Source of the DNA: an uncultured Actinomycetota bacterium | GTDB taxonomy: Bacteria > Actinomycetota > Actinomycetes > Propionibacteriales > Propionibacteriaceae | DNA: 64,000 nt | Direction: 5' to 3' | Assembly: GCA_963780005.1 (NCBI GenBank) | Contig: CAWAAK010000028.1 | Location: forward strand, 37,730-101,729 | Shown: one piece after another, positions 1-8,869 of the stretch | How positions within the stretch are numbered: position 1 is the first letter of the stretch | How the letters are laid out: each line of letters begins with the position of its first letter | Notes under the pieces: generated by a model | Told to the model about the DNA's origin: nothing | Seen by the model: only the letters and a program-made list of their open reading frames with translations | Database searches by the model: none | Made by a program: the position numbers and the translations under genes

Positions 1-718
1 GCTTCAAGAACAGCTCCAGGGCGATGCGCAGCGTCATCGAGGTGTCGAAGGCGTTCAGATGCGTACGGAACGGCCGGGCCCGGGCGCCGCCGTGGACCAA
101 CTGCAGGATCGGGGTCTCCACCTCCAGGTAACCCTCGGCGTGCAGCGTCTCCCGCAGGCTCCGGGTGACCAGAGCCCGGGTCCGGACCATGTCCCGGGCG
201 GCCTCCCGTACGGTCAGGTCGGCGTACCGCTGGCGGACCCGGACCTCGTCGGACAGCTCCGTGTGCAGGTTCGGGATCGGCCGGAGGGCCTTGGACGCGA
301 GCTGCCAGGACGACGCCAGTACGGACAGCTCGCCCCGCTTCGAAGCGATCACCCGACCGGTGACGCTGACGAAGTCCCCGAGATCGACATCGGTCTTCCA
401 GGCGGCCAGCAGGTCCTCGCCCACCTCGGCCAGCGACAACATCGCCTGGACCCGGACGCCGGAGTCGTTCAGCGAGAGACCCTCCTGGAGGGTCGCGAAG
501 CAGAGCTTGCCGGTGTTGCGGATGAAGACCACCCGACCGGTGACCGATACCACCGCGTCGGTTTCCTCCCCGGCGGTCAGCTCACCCCAGGTGTCCCGCA
601 CGTCGCGCAGGCTGTGGGAGCGTGGCACCGCGACGGGATAGGGCTCGGTCGACTGCGCCAGCAACCGGTCCCGCTTCCCCCGGCGAACTCGGATCTGCTC
701 CGGCAGGTCATCGGTCAT
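1..718 (-). CDS. lysS: lysine--tRNA ligase, class II (N-terminal ~239 codons; 3' end lies beyond the window edge)
   Basis: Own translation of the minus strand from the ATG at 718-716: MTDDLPEQIRVRRGKRDRLL...VTGRVVFIRNTGKLCFATLQEG (OB anticodon-binding part)...RQRYADLTVREAARDMVRTRALVTRSLRETLHAEGYLEVETPILQLVHGGARARPFRTHLNAFDTSMTLRIALELFLK (class II motif 1/2 region). It is absent from the ORF track because it runs off the edge. Confidence 0.85.
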   Translation of the reverse strand, partial: MTDDLPEQIRVRRGKRDRLLAQSTEPYPVAVPRSHSLRDVRDTWGELTAGEETDAVVSVTGRVVFIRNTGKLCFATLQEGLSLNDSGVRVQAMLSLAEVGEDLLAAWKTDVDLGDFVSVTGRVIASKRGELSVLASSWQLASKALRPIPNLHTELSDEVRVRQRYADLTVREAARDMVRTRALVTRSLRETLHAEGYLEVETPILQLVHGGARARPFRTHLNAFDTSMTLRIALELFLK

Positions 719-751
719 CACGAGGGTGGTCTGGTCCGGCACCGGCTCAGC

Positions 752-967
752 CTAGCGACGGAACGCCAGGCCCCGGGCGGTCAGTTCGGCGTCGAGCAGC
801 CGGACGGCCTTCGGGCCGACGCCGTGGATCCTCAGCACTTCGGCGGCCGTGAACTCGCTCAATTGGTCGTAGCGGGTGAGGCCGTGGAGGGCGAGTTCGC
901 GGCGGGCGACCTTGCCGATCGCCGCGGTGAACTCCGACGATTCGGCCTCCGGCGGCTGGGCTGACAC
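752..967 (-). CDS. small helix-hairpin-helix type DNA-binding protein (71 aa)
   Basis: ORF 752..967. The sequence ...EVLRIHGVGPKAVRLLDAELTARGL is HhH-like (hGhGxxxA). Codon usage is typical of the high-GC third position. Confidence 0.55.
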   Translation of the reverse strand: MSAQPPEAESSEFTAAIGKVARRELALHGLTRYDQLSEFTAAEVLRIHGVGPKAVRLLDAELTARGLAFRR

Positions 968-1074
968 GCCCCCACGCTAGCAATCCCGCACCTCGATCGT
1001 GCCGTCGCCGGATCCGTTCCCACCGGCCTGGGGAGTAACGGGACGGAAGCTCCAGGACCAGTACGCTGCGCCCT

Positions 1075-2805
1075 ATGAGCGACGTCCTCGCGAGCTATCA
1101 CCCCGGTGCCGCGTACGACGAGATGATCGATTCCGAGGGCGAGGTGCGACCCGCCTACACGGCGGTGCACAGCACCCTGGGCCGCGCCAAGCCCACCGAG
1201 CTGCGCACGATCTCCGAATCGCTGGCCAACAACTACTTCCAGGCCGGCGTGACCTTCGACGTCGGCGGCGTCGAGCGTCCCTTCCCCCTGGACCTGGTTC
1301 CGCGGGTCATCGCGGCCGAGGAATGGCAGGTGATCGAGACGGGAGTCGCCCAGCGGGTCCGGGCCCTCGAGGCGTTCCTCGCCGACGTCTACGCCGAGTC
1401 CCGGGTGATCACCGACGGGGTGATCCCGCGCCAACTGGTCTCCTCGTCCACCCACTACCACCGGGCGGTGTGGGGCATCGAGCCCGCCAACGGCGTCCGG
1501 GTCCACGTGGCCGGCGTGGATCTCATCCGGACCCCCGCCGGCGACGTCCGGGTACTGGAGGACAACGTCCGGGTGCCGAGCGGCGTCTCGTACGTCATGA
1601 CCAATCGCAGCGCCATGATCACCGCGATGCCGGACGCGTTCAGCCAGCAGGCGATCCGGCCGGTGGCCGGTTACCCACAACGGCTGCTGGCCGCGTTGCG
1701 GGCCGCGGCGCCCAGCGGTGTCGACGACCCGACCGTGGTGGTGCTGACCCCCGGCGTCTTCAACTCCGCCTACTTCGAGCACACCCTGTTGGCCCGCACC
1801 ATGGGCGTGGAGCTCGTCGAGGGCCGCGACCTGGAGTGCCGGCGCGGCAAGGTCTTCATGCGCACCACGGGCGGTCTGCAACGGGTCGACGTCATCTACC
1901 GACGGATCGACGACGACTTCATCGACCCGGTCCACTTCCGCGGCGACTCGATGCTCGGCGTGCCCGGACTGGTGAACGCCGTCCGTACGGGCGGGGTGGG
2001 ACTGGCCAACGCCATCGGCAACGGTGTGGCCGACGACAAGTTGATCTACACCTACGTGCCGGATCTGATCCGCTACTACCTGCACCAGGAGCCGATCATC
2101 GCCAACGTCGACACCTGGCGGCTGGAGGAGGACGAGGCTCGCGAGGAGGTGCTGGACCGGCTCGCCGAGCTGGTCGTGAAGCCGGTCGACGGATCCGGCG
2201 GCAAGGGGATCGTGATCGGCCCCCGCGCCACGGCCGCGGAACTCGATGAACTCCGCCGCCGCGTCACCACCGACCCCCGCGGCTGGATCGCCCAGCCGGT
2301 GGTGCAGCTGTCGACCGTGCCGACCTTGATCGACGATGCGCTGGAACCTCGGCACGTGGACCTTCGTCCGTTCGCGGTCAACAGCGGCGACGACATCTGG
2401 GTGCTGCCCGGCGGATTGACCCGAGTCGCGCTGCCGGCCGGCGAGCTCGTGGTCAACAGCAGCCAGGGCGGCGGCAGCAAGGACACCTGGGTGCTCGGGC
2501 CGCCGGTGTCGTTGCCGACCACCGATGAGCAGGAGCCGGCCGACGAGGCTATGGTCCTCCCGGAGGATCCGGAGGATCCGGAGGTCCGAGCCGAAGTCGC
2601 TCCCGAGCCGGAGCCCGAGCCCGAGCCGTCCCGAGCTCCCGAACCGGCGTCGGTGCTCCCCTTGCCCCCGCTTCCACCCCTGGCGCCCTTACCGAAGTTG
2701 CCGAGCGCCGTACCCCTCACCGTCGGCCGATCGCCGGGGGCAACGGGCGGCGTCCAGCATCAGGAGGAGCAACAACAGCAAGATCTGGGAGTTCGTGCAT
2801 GCTGA
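1075..2805 (+). CDS. circularly permuted type-2 ATP-grasp protein with a ~100-aa Pro/Glu-rich C-terminal tail
   Basis: 576-aa ORF. VDLIRTPAGDVRVLEDNVRVPSGVSYVMTNR and KPVDGSGGKGIVIGP are characteristic of the CP-ATP-grasp (COG2308) family. The tail contains PEDPEDPEVRAEVAPEPEPEPEPS...PLPPLPPLAPLP. The stop overlaps the next start (ATGCTGA). Confidence 0.85.
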   Translation: MSDVLASYHPGAAYDEMIDSEGEVRPAYTAVHSTLGRAKPTELRTISESLANNYFQAGVTFDVGGVERPFPLDLVPRVIAAEEWQVIETGVAQRVRALEAFLADVYAESRVITDGVIPRQLVSSSTHYHRAVWGIEPANGVRVHVAGVDLIRTPAGDVRVLEDNVRVPSGVSYVMTNRSAMITAMPDAFSQQAIRPVAGYPQRLLAALRAAAPSGVDDPTVVVLTPGVFNSAYFEHTLLARTMGVELVEGRDLECRRGKVFMRTTGGLQRVDVIYRRIDDDFIDPVHFRGDSMLGVPGLVNAVRTGGVGLANAIGNGVADDKLIYTYVPDLIRYYLHQEPIIANVDTWRLEEDEAREEVLDRLAELVVKPVDGSGGKGIVIGPRATAAELDELRRRVTTDPRGWIAQPVVQLSTVPTLIDDALEPRHVDLRPFAVNSGDDIWVLPGGLTRVALPAGELVVNSSQGGGSKDTWVLGPPVSLPTTDEQEPADEAMVLPEDPEDPEVRAEVAPEPEPEPEPSRAPEPASVLPLPPLPPLAPLPKLPSAVPLTVGRSPGATGGVQHQEEQQQQDLGVRAC

Positions 2806-3728
2806 GCCGGATCGCGGAGTCGCTGTTCTGGATCGGCCGGTACGTCGAACGCTCCGACGACACCGCCCGACTGCTGCAGACCCACCTGCGGATGCTCAGT
2901 GAGGACAATTCACAGGCCGAGTCGGACGCCTGCCACAACCTGCTCGCCCTGATGAGCGTCGACGGCGTCGAACAGCCGCATGCGGGGGACCTGTTGCGCT
3001 TTCTCTGCTACGACCGAGCGGCGCCGACCTCGATCTTCGCGACCTGGGCGGCGGCCCGGGACAACGCCCGGCGGGCCCGCGAGGTGATTCCGCTGGAGCT
3101 GTGGGAGTGCATCAACACCACCTGGCAGCGGCTGCCCGACGGGCACTTCAACACCGCGCGGACCTATCCGTTCCTGGACTGGGTGCGGCAGCGCAGTGCC
3201 CTGTTCACCGGGATCGCCCGCAGCACGATGGTGCGCGATGACGGCTGGCAGTTCCTGCTGCTCGGCCGCAGTGTCGAACAGGCCGACATGACCTCGCGGA
3301 TGGTCGCCTCCGCCGCCCTCACCACGGGCAGCACCAACTGGCCGTCCGTCCTGCGCGGCGCGGGTGGCTACGACGCGTTCCTCCGTACCCATCGCGGGTT
3401 GCACACCGACCGGGATGCGGCCCGCTTCCTGATCGTCGACGCCCGGTTCCCGCGTTCGGTCATGCACGGCCTGCGGGCGGCCTCGGAGTGCCTGGAGAAA
3501 CTGGCGCTGGCCAATCCGAGCGGCGCCGACCGGGTGGCCGACGGCGTACGGATGCTCGGGCGGCAGCGCGCGCGCCTGGAGTACACCGCCATCGAGGAGC
3601 TGCTGGGCGATCTCGGGGAAGAGATGACCGGCGTGCAGACCGTCTGTGCCGAGGTGACCGCCCTGGTCTCGGCGACGTTCTTCGCCGCCGCGGATCAGAA
3701 GGCCTGGACCACCGAGGGGACACGCTGA
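2799..3728 (+). CDS. alpha-E domain-containing protein (COG2307/DUF403)
   Basis: The N-terminus MLSRIAESLFWIGRYVERSDDTARLL is the family signature. Translationally coupled to both neighbours. Confidence 0.85.
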   Translation: MLSRIAESLFWIGRYVERSDDTARLLQTHLRMLSEDNSQAESDACHNLLALMSVDGVEQPHAGDLLRFLCYDRAAPTSIFATWAAARDNARRAREVIPLELWECINTTWQRLPDGHFNTARTYPFLDWVRQRSALFTGIARSTMVRDDGWQFLLLGRSVEQADMTSRMVASAALTTGSTNWPSVLRGAGGYDAFLRTHRGLHTDRDAARFLIVDARFPRSVMHGLRAASECLEKLALANPSGADRVADGVRMLGRQRARLEYTAIEELLGDLGEEMTGVQTVCAEVTALVSATFFAAADQKAWTTEGTR

Positions 3729-3729
3729 G

Positions 3730-4587
3730 ATGCGGCTCAACATCAACCACAAGACCGGCTTCCGGTACGCATCACGGGTCGCCGCCTCCTACAACGAGGC
3801 GCGGATGACGCCGGCCAGCACGGGCAACCAACGGGTGTGGAGCAGCCGGGTCAGCATCGATCCTGCGGCCTGGAGCTTCTCCTACACCGACTACTGGGGC
3901 ACCGCGGTGACCACCTTCGAGGTGCACGAGCGGCACGAACGGCTGACCGTGCAGGCCCAGGCGGTGGTGGAGACCCGCGGCGACGACCTCGCCTGGGACA
4001 CGGAGCGACGGGTGGCCGAGAACGATCTCGGCTGGCCGGCCCTGCAGGACCGCGGAGTCACCGACTCGATGTCGGAGTTCCTGACCATCGGGTGGCGTAC
4101 CCGCCCTCCGGAGGAGTTGCTCGCTCTGGCCCAGGCAGCCGCCGATCAGCCCGCGCGACTGGCCGCGCTCGACATCTGTGCCCTGGTCGGCGAGCACGTC
4201 AGCTACGCGCAGGGCTCCACCAACGTGACCAGTGCGGCGGCGGAGGTGTGGGAGGGCGGGCAGGGGGTGTGTCAGGACTACTCCCACCTGGTCATCGGCG
4301 CGCTCCGGTCGATCGGTATCCCGGCCCGGTACGTCTCGGGATATCTGCATCCGGCCCGGCACGCCGAAGCCAACGCCACGGTGATCGGCGAATCGCACTC
4401 CTGGGTGGAATGGTGGTGCGGCAGCTGGGTGGCGTATGACCCGACGTTGCGGCAGCGGATGTCGGAGCAGTACGTGCGGGTCGGGCACGGCCGCGACTAC
4501 GGCGACGTGGCCCCGTTGCGTGGCACCTACTCCGGCGGCGCCAGCTCGGAGATGTTCGTCACCGTGGAGATGACCCAGCTCGGCTGA
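3730..4587 (+). CDS. transglutaminase-family protein (N-terminal bacterial TGase domain plus transglutaminase core)
   Basis: MRLNINHKTGFRYASRV start. Catalytic Cys in GQGVCQDYSHL, then SHSWVEWW and a following Asp. Third member of the conserved triad. Confidence 0.85.
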   Translation: MRLNINHKTGFRYASRVAASYNEARMTPASTGNQRVWSSRVSIDPAAWSFSYTDYWGTAVTTFEVHERHERLTVQAQAVVETRGDDLAWDTERRVAENDLGWPALQDRGVTDSMSEFLTIGWRTRPPEELLALAQAAADQPARLAALDICALVGEHVSYAQGSTNVTSAAAEVWEGGQGVCQDYSHLVIGALRSIGIPARYVSGYLHPARHAEANATVIGESHSWVEWWCGSWVAYDPTLRQRMSEQYVRVGHGRDYGDVAPLRGTYSGGASSEMFVTVEMTQLG

Positions 4588-4606
4588 CGACCACTATCTT
4601 GAGGTC

Positions 4607-5386
4607 ATGAGCAACTACGGCCAGCAGCCGCCCTATGGGCAGAACCCGTACGGGCGCCCGCCGCAGCAGCCGGGGTACGGTCAGCCGGGACAGAATCCGT
4701 ACGGCCAGCCGCCCGCGCAGAACCCGTACGGTCAGCCTCCGCAGCAGCCGCAGCAGCCGGGATACGGGCAACCGGCTCCGAATCCGTACGGACAGCCCCA
4801 GCCCGGGTACGGGCAGGCTCCGCAGCAGCCGGGCTACCCGCCGCAGCAACCCGGCCAGGCACAGTGGGTGGCCCAGAACACGCGCAAGCCGTCCGTCGTG
4901 GTCCGCTCGATCCCCGTCGTGACGCTGGATGCGTTGCCCGGTAGGGAGATCGCCGAGGTGGTCGGTGACGTGGTCGGCATCGTGGCGCGGAGCCGCGAGC
5001 TGCCGCCTGAACTCCGGTCGGGCAGCGCCCAGGACGGCTACGCGATCATGCTGACCGACTCCCGCCAGGCAGCCGTGGCCAAGATGACGGCGATGGCCGA
5101 GGCGGCCGGCGCCGACGCGGTGCTCGGCCTCCGCTTCGACTGCAGCGAGATCACCCAGTCGATGAGCGAGGTCGCGGCCTACGGCACAGCGGTCAAACTC
5201 GAGCCGATCGAGGAGGTCGCCGGCCCGCCCGGCGATGAGGAGTCCGCCGACGCAGAGGAGGACCGCTCGGTCGACCCAGCGTCGGGCCAGGAGGCTCCAT
5301 GGCAGCCGCCGCAGTCGCCGAGCTCCCAAGGGACTCCCTCCCAGTCCTGGCCGCCTCCACCCTCCCAATGGCCCCAGCAGAGCTGA
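4607..5386 (+). CDS. YbjQ/DUF74 (UPF0145) domain protein flanked by Pro/Gln/Gly/Tyr-rich low-complexity regions
   Basis: 259-aa ORF. The N-terminal ~85 aa are (Q/N)PYGQPP-type repeats. The core is VVTLDALPGREIAEVVGDVVGIVARS...AMAEAAGADAVLGLRFD. The C-terminus is again P/Q/S-rich. Confidence 0.7.
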   Translation: MSNYGQQPPYGQNPYGRPPQQPGYGQPGQNPYGQPPAQNPYGQPPQQPQQPGYGQPAPNPYGQPQPGYGQAPQQPGYPPQQPGQAQWVAQNTRKPSVVVRSIPVVTLDALPGREIAEVVGDVVGIVARSRELPPELRSGSAQDGYAIMLTDSRQAAVAKMTAMAEAAGADAVLGLRFDCSEITQSMSEVAAYGTAVKLEPIEEVAGPPGDEESADAEEDRSVDPASGQEAPWQPPQSPSSQGTPSQSWPPPPSQWPQQS

Positions 5387-5473
5387 GCGGTACGCCGACT
5401 GTGCGGTTCCGGCCCACTTCCCCACCGGCGGATGGGCCGCAACTGCGCAGGAAGAGTAGGGAAGGATGGGCAG

Positions 5474-5663
5474 ATGACCGGCAAAGGCTCGAAGAAGTCC
5501 GACCCGAAGGCTGGAGGACGAGACCAAGCGGAAGTTTCGGGAGGCGCTGGCGGCGAAGCAGGGCCGCCGGACCGGCGAGGCGCACCTCGACGGCGGCAAG
5601 GATTCCAGCCAGCCGCACGGCCCGGTGGAGAGCAAGCGGGTCTTCCGCCGCAAGACCGGCTGA
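5474..5663 (+). pseudogene. DUF5302-family small protein, +1 frameshift as assembled
   Basis: A GGAAGGA RBS precedes the ATG at 5474 (MTGKGSKKSDPKA...). The conserved family C-terminus TKRKFREALAAKQGRRTGEAHLDGGKDSSQPHGPVESKRVFRRKTG* is in the +1 frame and ends at 5663. The span is 190 nt, which is not a multiple of 3. Confidence 0.6.
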
Positions 5664-5693
5664 CCCCTCGCCGCTTCTGGGCGGGCGTGGGCC

Positions 5694-6362
5694 TCAGGAG
5701 GGTCGCGGGGACACCTGGATCAGACCGTCGTCCGCAACGCTGAAGCGCACGTGCGACAGGTCCGGCACGATGGCGTCGGCGTCCAACTCGTCCTCGGGCG
5801 TGGTGGTGACCACGGCCAGCGTCAGGCAGCCCGCCTCGCGAGCGGAGGCGAGTCCCGCCGGCGCGTCTTCGACCACCAGGCAACGGCTCGGGTCGACGCC
5901 CAGCCGCGCGGCCGCCTCGAGATAGGGGTCGGGCGCCGGTTTGCCTCGCTGGACGTCGTCGGCGGTGACCAGGACCGACGGCGGAACCAGGTCGGCGGCC
6001 TCGATCCGGGCCTTGGCCAACGGGATCGTGCAGGAGGTCGCGATGGCGTTCTTGGCGTCCCGCAGCGCGCTCAGCGCATCGACGGCGCCGGGCAGCACCA
6101 CGATGTCACCGACGTCGGCCAGCTCGAGCTCGTTGATCCGCTGGATGGCGCTGGCCTGACGGTCCTCGGCGAGCAGCAGCCGGACCACGACCCGGCCGAG
6201 GGGATGCCGTGGTGCTGCAGCAGGTCGGCGGGCGGGCACGTCGTGCTCGATCGCCCAGGTCTTCCAGGAGCGGAGCACCGCCGGGGTGGAGTCGATCAAG
6301 GTGCCGTCCATGTCGAAGATCACCGCTTCGAACGATCGGTCTGCCAACGAGCCCAGCCCCAC
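5694..6362 (-). CDS. HAD-IA family hydrolase (sugar-phosphatase-like)
   Basis: FEAVIFDMDGTLIDS (motif I), ATSCT (motif II), GKPAPDPY and VVEDAPAGLASAREAG (motifs III/IV). GTG at 6362 with a GGGGAG RBS 6 nt upstream. The longer track ORF (to 6809) is upstream read-through. Confidence 0.8.
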   Translation of the reverse strand: MGLGSLADRSFEAVIFDMDGTLIDSTPAVLRSWKTWAIEHDVPARRPAAAPRHPLGRVVVRLLLAEDRQASAIQRINELELADVGDIVVLPGAVDALSALRDAKNAIATSCTIPLAKARIEAADLVPPSVLVTADDVQRGKPAPDPYLEAAARLGVDPSRCLVVEDAPAGLASAREAGCLTLAVVTTTPEDELDADAIVPDLSHVRFSVADDGLIQVSPRPS

Positions 6363-6436
6363 GGTCCACTCCCCTTGATTCGCCCGTTGGTCTGCGTATT
6401 GTCGAGCGATCACTCTAGTCGAGGTTTCGCGCTTGC

Positions 6437-6454
6437 TGAGTGAGTACTCACTCA
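6437..6454. promoter_or_regulatory. perfect 18-bp palindrome TGAGTGAGTACTCACTCA; candidate TetR operator
   Basis: Read directly from the sequence. It lies 14 nt upstream of the TetR ATG. A TAGACT hexamer at 6456-6461 sits 6 nt before the ATG, which is the geometry of a leaderless mRNA. Confidence 0.6.
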
Positions 6455-6467
6455 TTAGACTGGGCCG

Positions 6468-7089
6468 ATGCCTCGCGCCACCCCCTTGCCGGCCGACGAA
6501 CGCCGGGCCGCCATCCTCGCGGCGACCGAGCCGTTGCTGCAGCGGTGGGGCCGGGAGGTGAGCACCCGGCAGATCGCCGAGGCGGCCGGCATCGCCGAGG
6601 GCACGATCTTCCGGGTGTTCGCCACCAAGGAGGAGCTGATCGACACTGTGGTCGCCGACGCCTTCGACATGCGCCGCACCTGCCTCGAGATCGGCCGGAT
6701 CGATCGGGCGCTCGATCTCGAGACGCGACTCGAGCGGGCGGTGGAGATCCTCCAGCACCGGATGCGCCGAGTGTTCGCCTTGTTCCACGCGCTGCGCTAC
6801 CGTCCGCAACCCGACGACGCGTCACACCTGAAGCACACCGAGGACAATCGCCTACTCAACGCCACCTTGACGGCGCTCATCCGGCCGGACCGGGATCGGC
6901 TCTGCGTGCCCCCCAAGGAGGCGGCCGATCTGCTCCGCAGCCTGACCTTCGCCGTCACCCACCCGATGCTGTCGGTCCAGCCTCCCGTACGAGCCGGCGG
7001 CTCTGGTCCGGGTGCTGCTGCACGGAGTCGGGCGACAACCGTTGAGTGCTCCGATCAAGGCCTTCGACAGGAGAGCGGCACGATGCTGA
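6468..7089 (+). pseudogene. TetR/AcrR-family transcriptional regulator, C-terminal frameshift as assembled
   Basis: HTH region STRQIAEAAGIAEGTIFRVFATKEEL. Around 6970-6986 the sensible C-terminus (PYEPAALVRVLLHGVGRQPL...RC*) moves to another frame that stops at 7087-7089. The span is 622 nt. The track ORF 6468..8627 is an artefactual TetR-ABC fusion. Confidence 0.75.
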
Positions 7090-8821
7090 TCCGCCTGCTG
7101 CGGCAATACCTGGCGCCGTACCGTTCGATGATCATCGGCACGGTGCTGTTGTCCCTGGTGGGGACGATGGCCGCGCTGTACCTGCCGAGCCTCAACGCCT
7201 CGATCATCGACGACGGGGTGGCCCAGGGCGACACCGCACTGATCTGGTCCCTCGGCGGGATCATGCTCGCCGTCAGCGCGGTGCAGATCGTCTGCTCGAT
7301 CGGCTCGGTCTACTTCGGCGCCAAGACCGCGATGGCCTTCGGCCGCGACGTGCGCGGGGCGATCTTCGAGCGGGTGCTGACGTTCTCGGCCCGCGAGCTC
7401 AACTCGTACGGCGCGCCGTCGCTGATCACCCGGAACACCAACGACGTCCAGCAGGTCCAGATGCTCGTGGTGATGTCGGCCACCGTCATCCTGTCGGCCC
7501 CGATCACCATGGTCGGCGGCATCTTCATGGCCCTGCAGGAGGACGTCGGACTGTCCTGGCTGGTCGCCGTGGCCGTGCCGGCTCTGGCCCTCTCGATCTT
7601 GGCGGTCGTGCGCGGACTGCCGCCGCTGTTCCGGCTGATGCAGGGCCGGATCGACGTGGTCAACCGCATCCTGCGCGAGCAGATCGGCGGCATTCGGGTG
7701 GTGCGGGCGTTCGTGCGTGAACCGTACGAGACCGAGCGCTTCGCCCAGGCCAGCGGCGAGCTGACCAGCACCCAGCTGGCGGTCGGCCGGCGGCTGGCGA
7801 TCATGTTCCCGCTGGTCATGTTGATCTTGAACGTGTTCAGCGTCGCGGTGCTGTGGTTCGGCGCCATGCGGGTGGACAGCGGCCAGATGCAGATCGGTTC
7901 GCTGACCGCGTTCCTGACCTACCTGGTGCAGATCCTGATGGCCGTGATGATGGCCACCTTCTTGTTGATGCTGGCCCCGCGGGCCATCGTGTGCGCGGAA
8001 CGGATCGGTGAGGTGCTCGACACGGCCTCCACCGTGGTCACCGCGCCGAACCCGGTGACAACCCTGCCGACCTCGTCGGTGGTCCGGCTGGAGGACGCCG
8101 GCTTCACCTACCCGGGAGCCGACTTCCCGGTCCTGTGCAACGTGACGTTCACCGCCGAGCCGGGCGAGACCACGGCCATCATCGGCTCCACCGGGGCCGG
8201 CAAGACCACCCTGATCTCGCTGCTGCCGCGGCTGTTCGACGCCACGGCCGGCCGGGTGCTGGTCGACGAGGTGGACGTTACGGGAGTTGGAACCCGAACT
8301 TGTTGTGGAGCCGGATCGGACTCGTCCCGCAGAAGCCGTTCCTGTTCACCGGGACGGTGGCCAGCAACCTCCGGTACGGGAATCCGGACGCGACCGACGA
8401 CGAACTCTGGCATGCCCTGCGGGTGGCCCAGGCCGACGACTTCGTGGCCCAGATGGCCGGCCAGCTGGAGGCGCCCATCGCCCAGGGCGGCACCAACGTG
8501 TCCGGGGGACAGCGGCAGCGGCTCTCCATCGCCCGCGCCCTGGTCAAGAAGCCGGAGATCTACATCTTCGACGACTCGTTCTCCGCCCTGGACGTCGCCA
8601 CCGACGCCCGGCTCCGGGCGGCGCTGAAACGCGAGACCACCGACGCCTGCGTGATCATCGTCGGTCAGCGGGTGGCCACCATCGCCGAGGCCGACAAGAT
8701 CTTGGTCCTCGAGGACGGCCGGGTGGTCGGCTCCGGCACCCACGACGAGTTGCTCGCCACCTGCCCGACGTACGCCGAGATCGTCGACTCGCAGCTCAGC
8801 GCCGAAGAGGCCGCGGCATGA
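7083..8821 (+). pseudogene. ABC transporter permease/ATP-binding protein (type-1 exporter half-transporter), one frameshift near 8270-8290
   Basis: MLIRLLRQYLAPYR... followed by six-TM exporter-like sequence. Walker A is GSTGAGKTT. After ...VLVDEVDVT the frame changes to ...SWNPNLLWSRIGLVPQKPFLF, then LSGGQRQRLSIARAL and IYIFDDSFSALD (Walker B). The span is 1739 nt. Confidence 0.8.
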
Positions 8822-8869
8822 ACACGGGGAGCGAAGCGACGTCAGGCCCACCGGCGAGGTGTGTGGGGC

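Noticed and set aside
4620-4860. Repetitive CCGTACGG-containing DNA at the 5' end of the YbjQ-like gene, as a possible tandem-repeat or mobile feature.
   Set aside because: It is simply the coding consequence of imperfect (Q/N)PYGQPP peptide repeats. The units are not identical at the DNA level and the frame is intact.
5432-5743. A 103-aa track ORF (MGRNCAGRVGKDGQMTGKG...) as a real protein.
   Set aside because: Its downstream two-thirds is the wrong frame of the DUF5302 gene, whose conserved C-terminus lies in the +1 frame ending at 5663.
6200-6250. Possible pair of compensating frameshifts inside the HAD hydrolase (…HDVPARRPAAAPRHPLGRVV… versus an alternative …LLQHHGIPS…).
   Set aside because: The current frame is uninterrupted and all HAD motifs are in frame. 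The alternative reading is only suggestive and would need two indels.
6468-8627. A 719-aa ORF that looks like a TetR-ABC transporter fusion protein.
   Set aside because: The sensible TetR C-terminus (…PYEPAALVRVLLHGV…) is in another frame and stops at 7089, overlapping the ABC start at 7083. The apparent fusion is caused by a frameshift plus the absence of a stop in the wrong frame.
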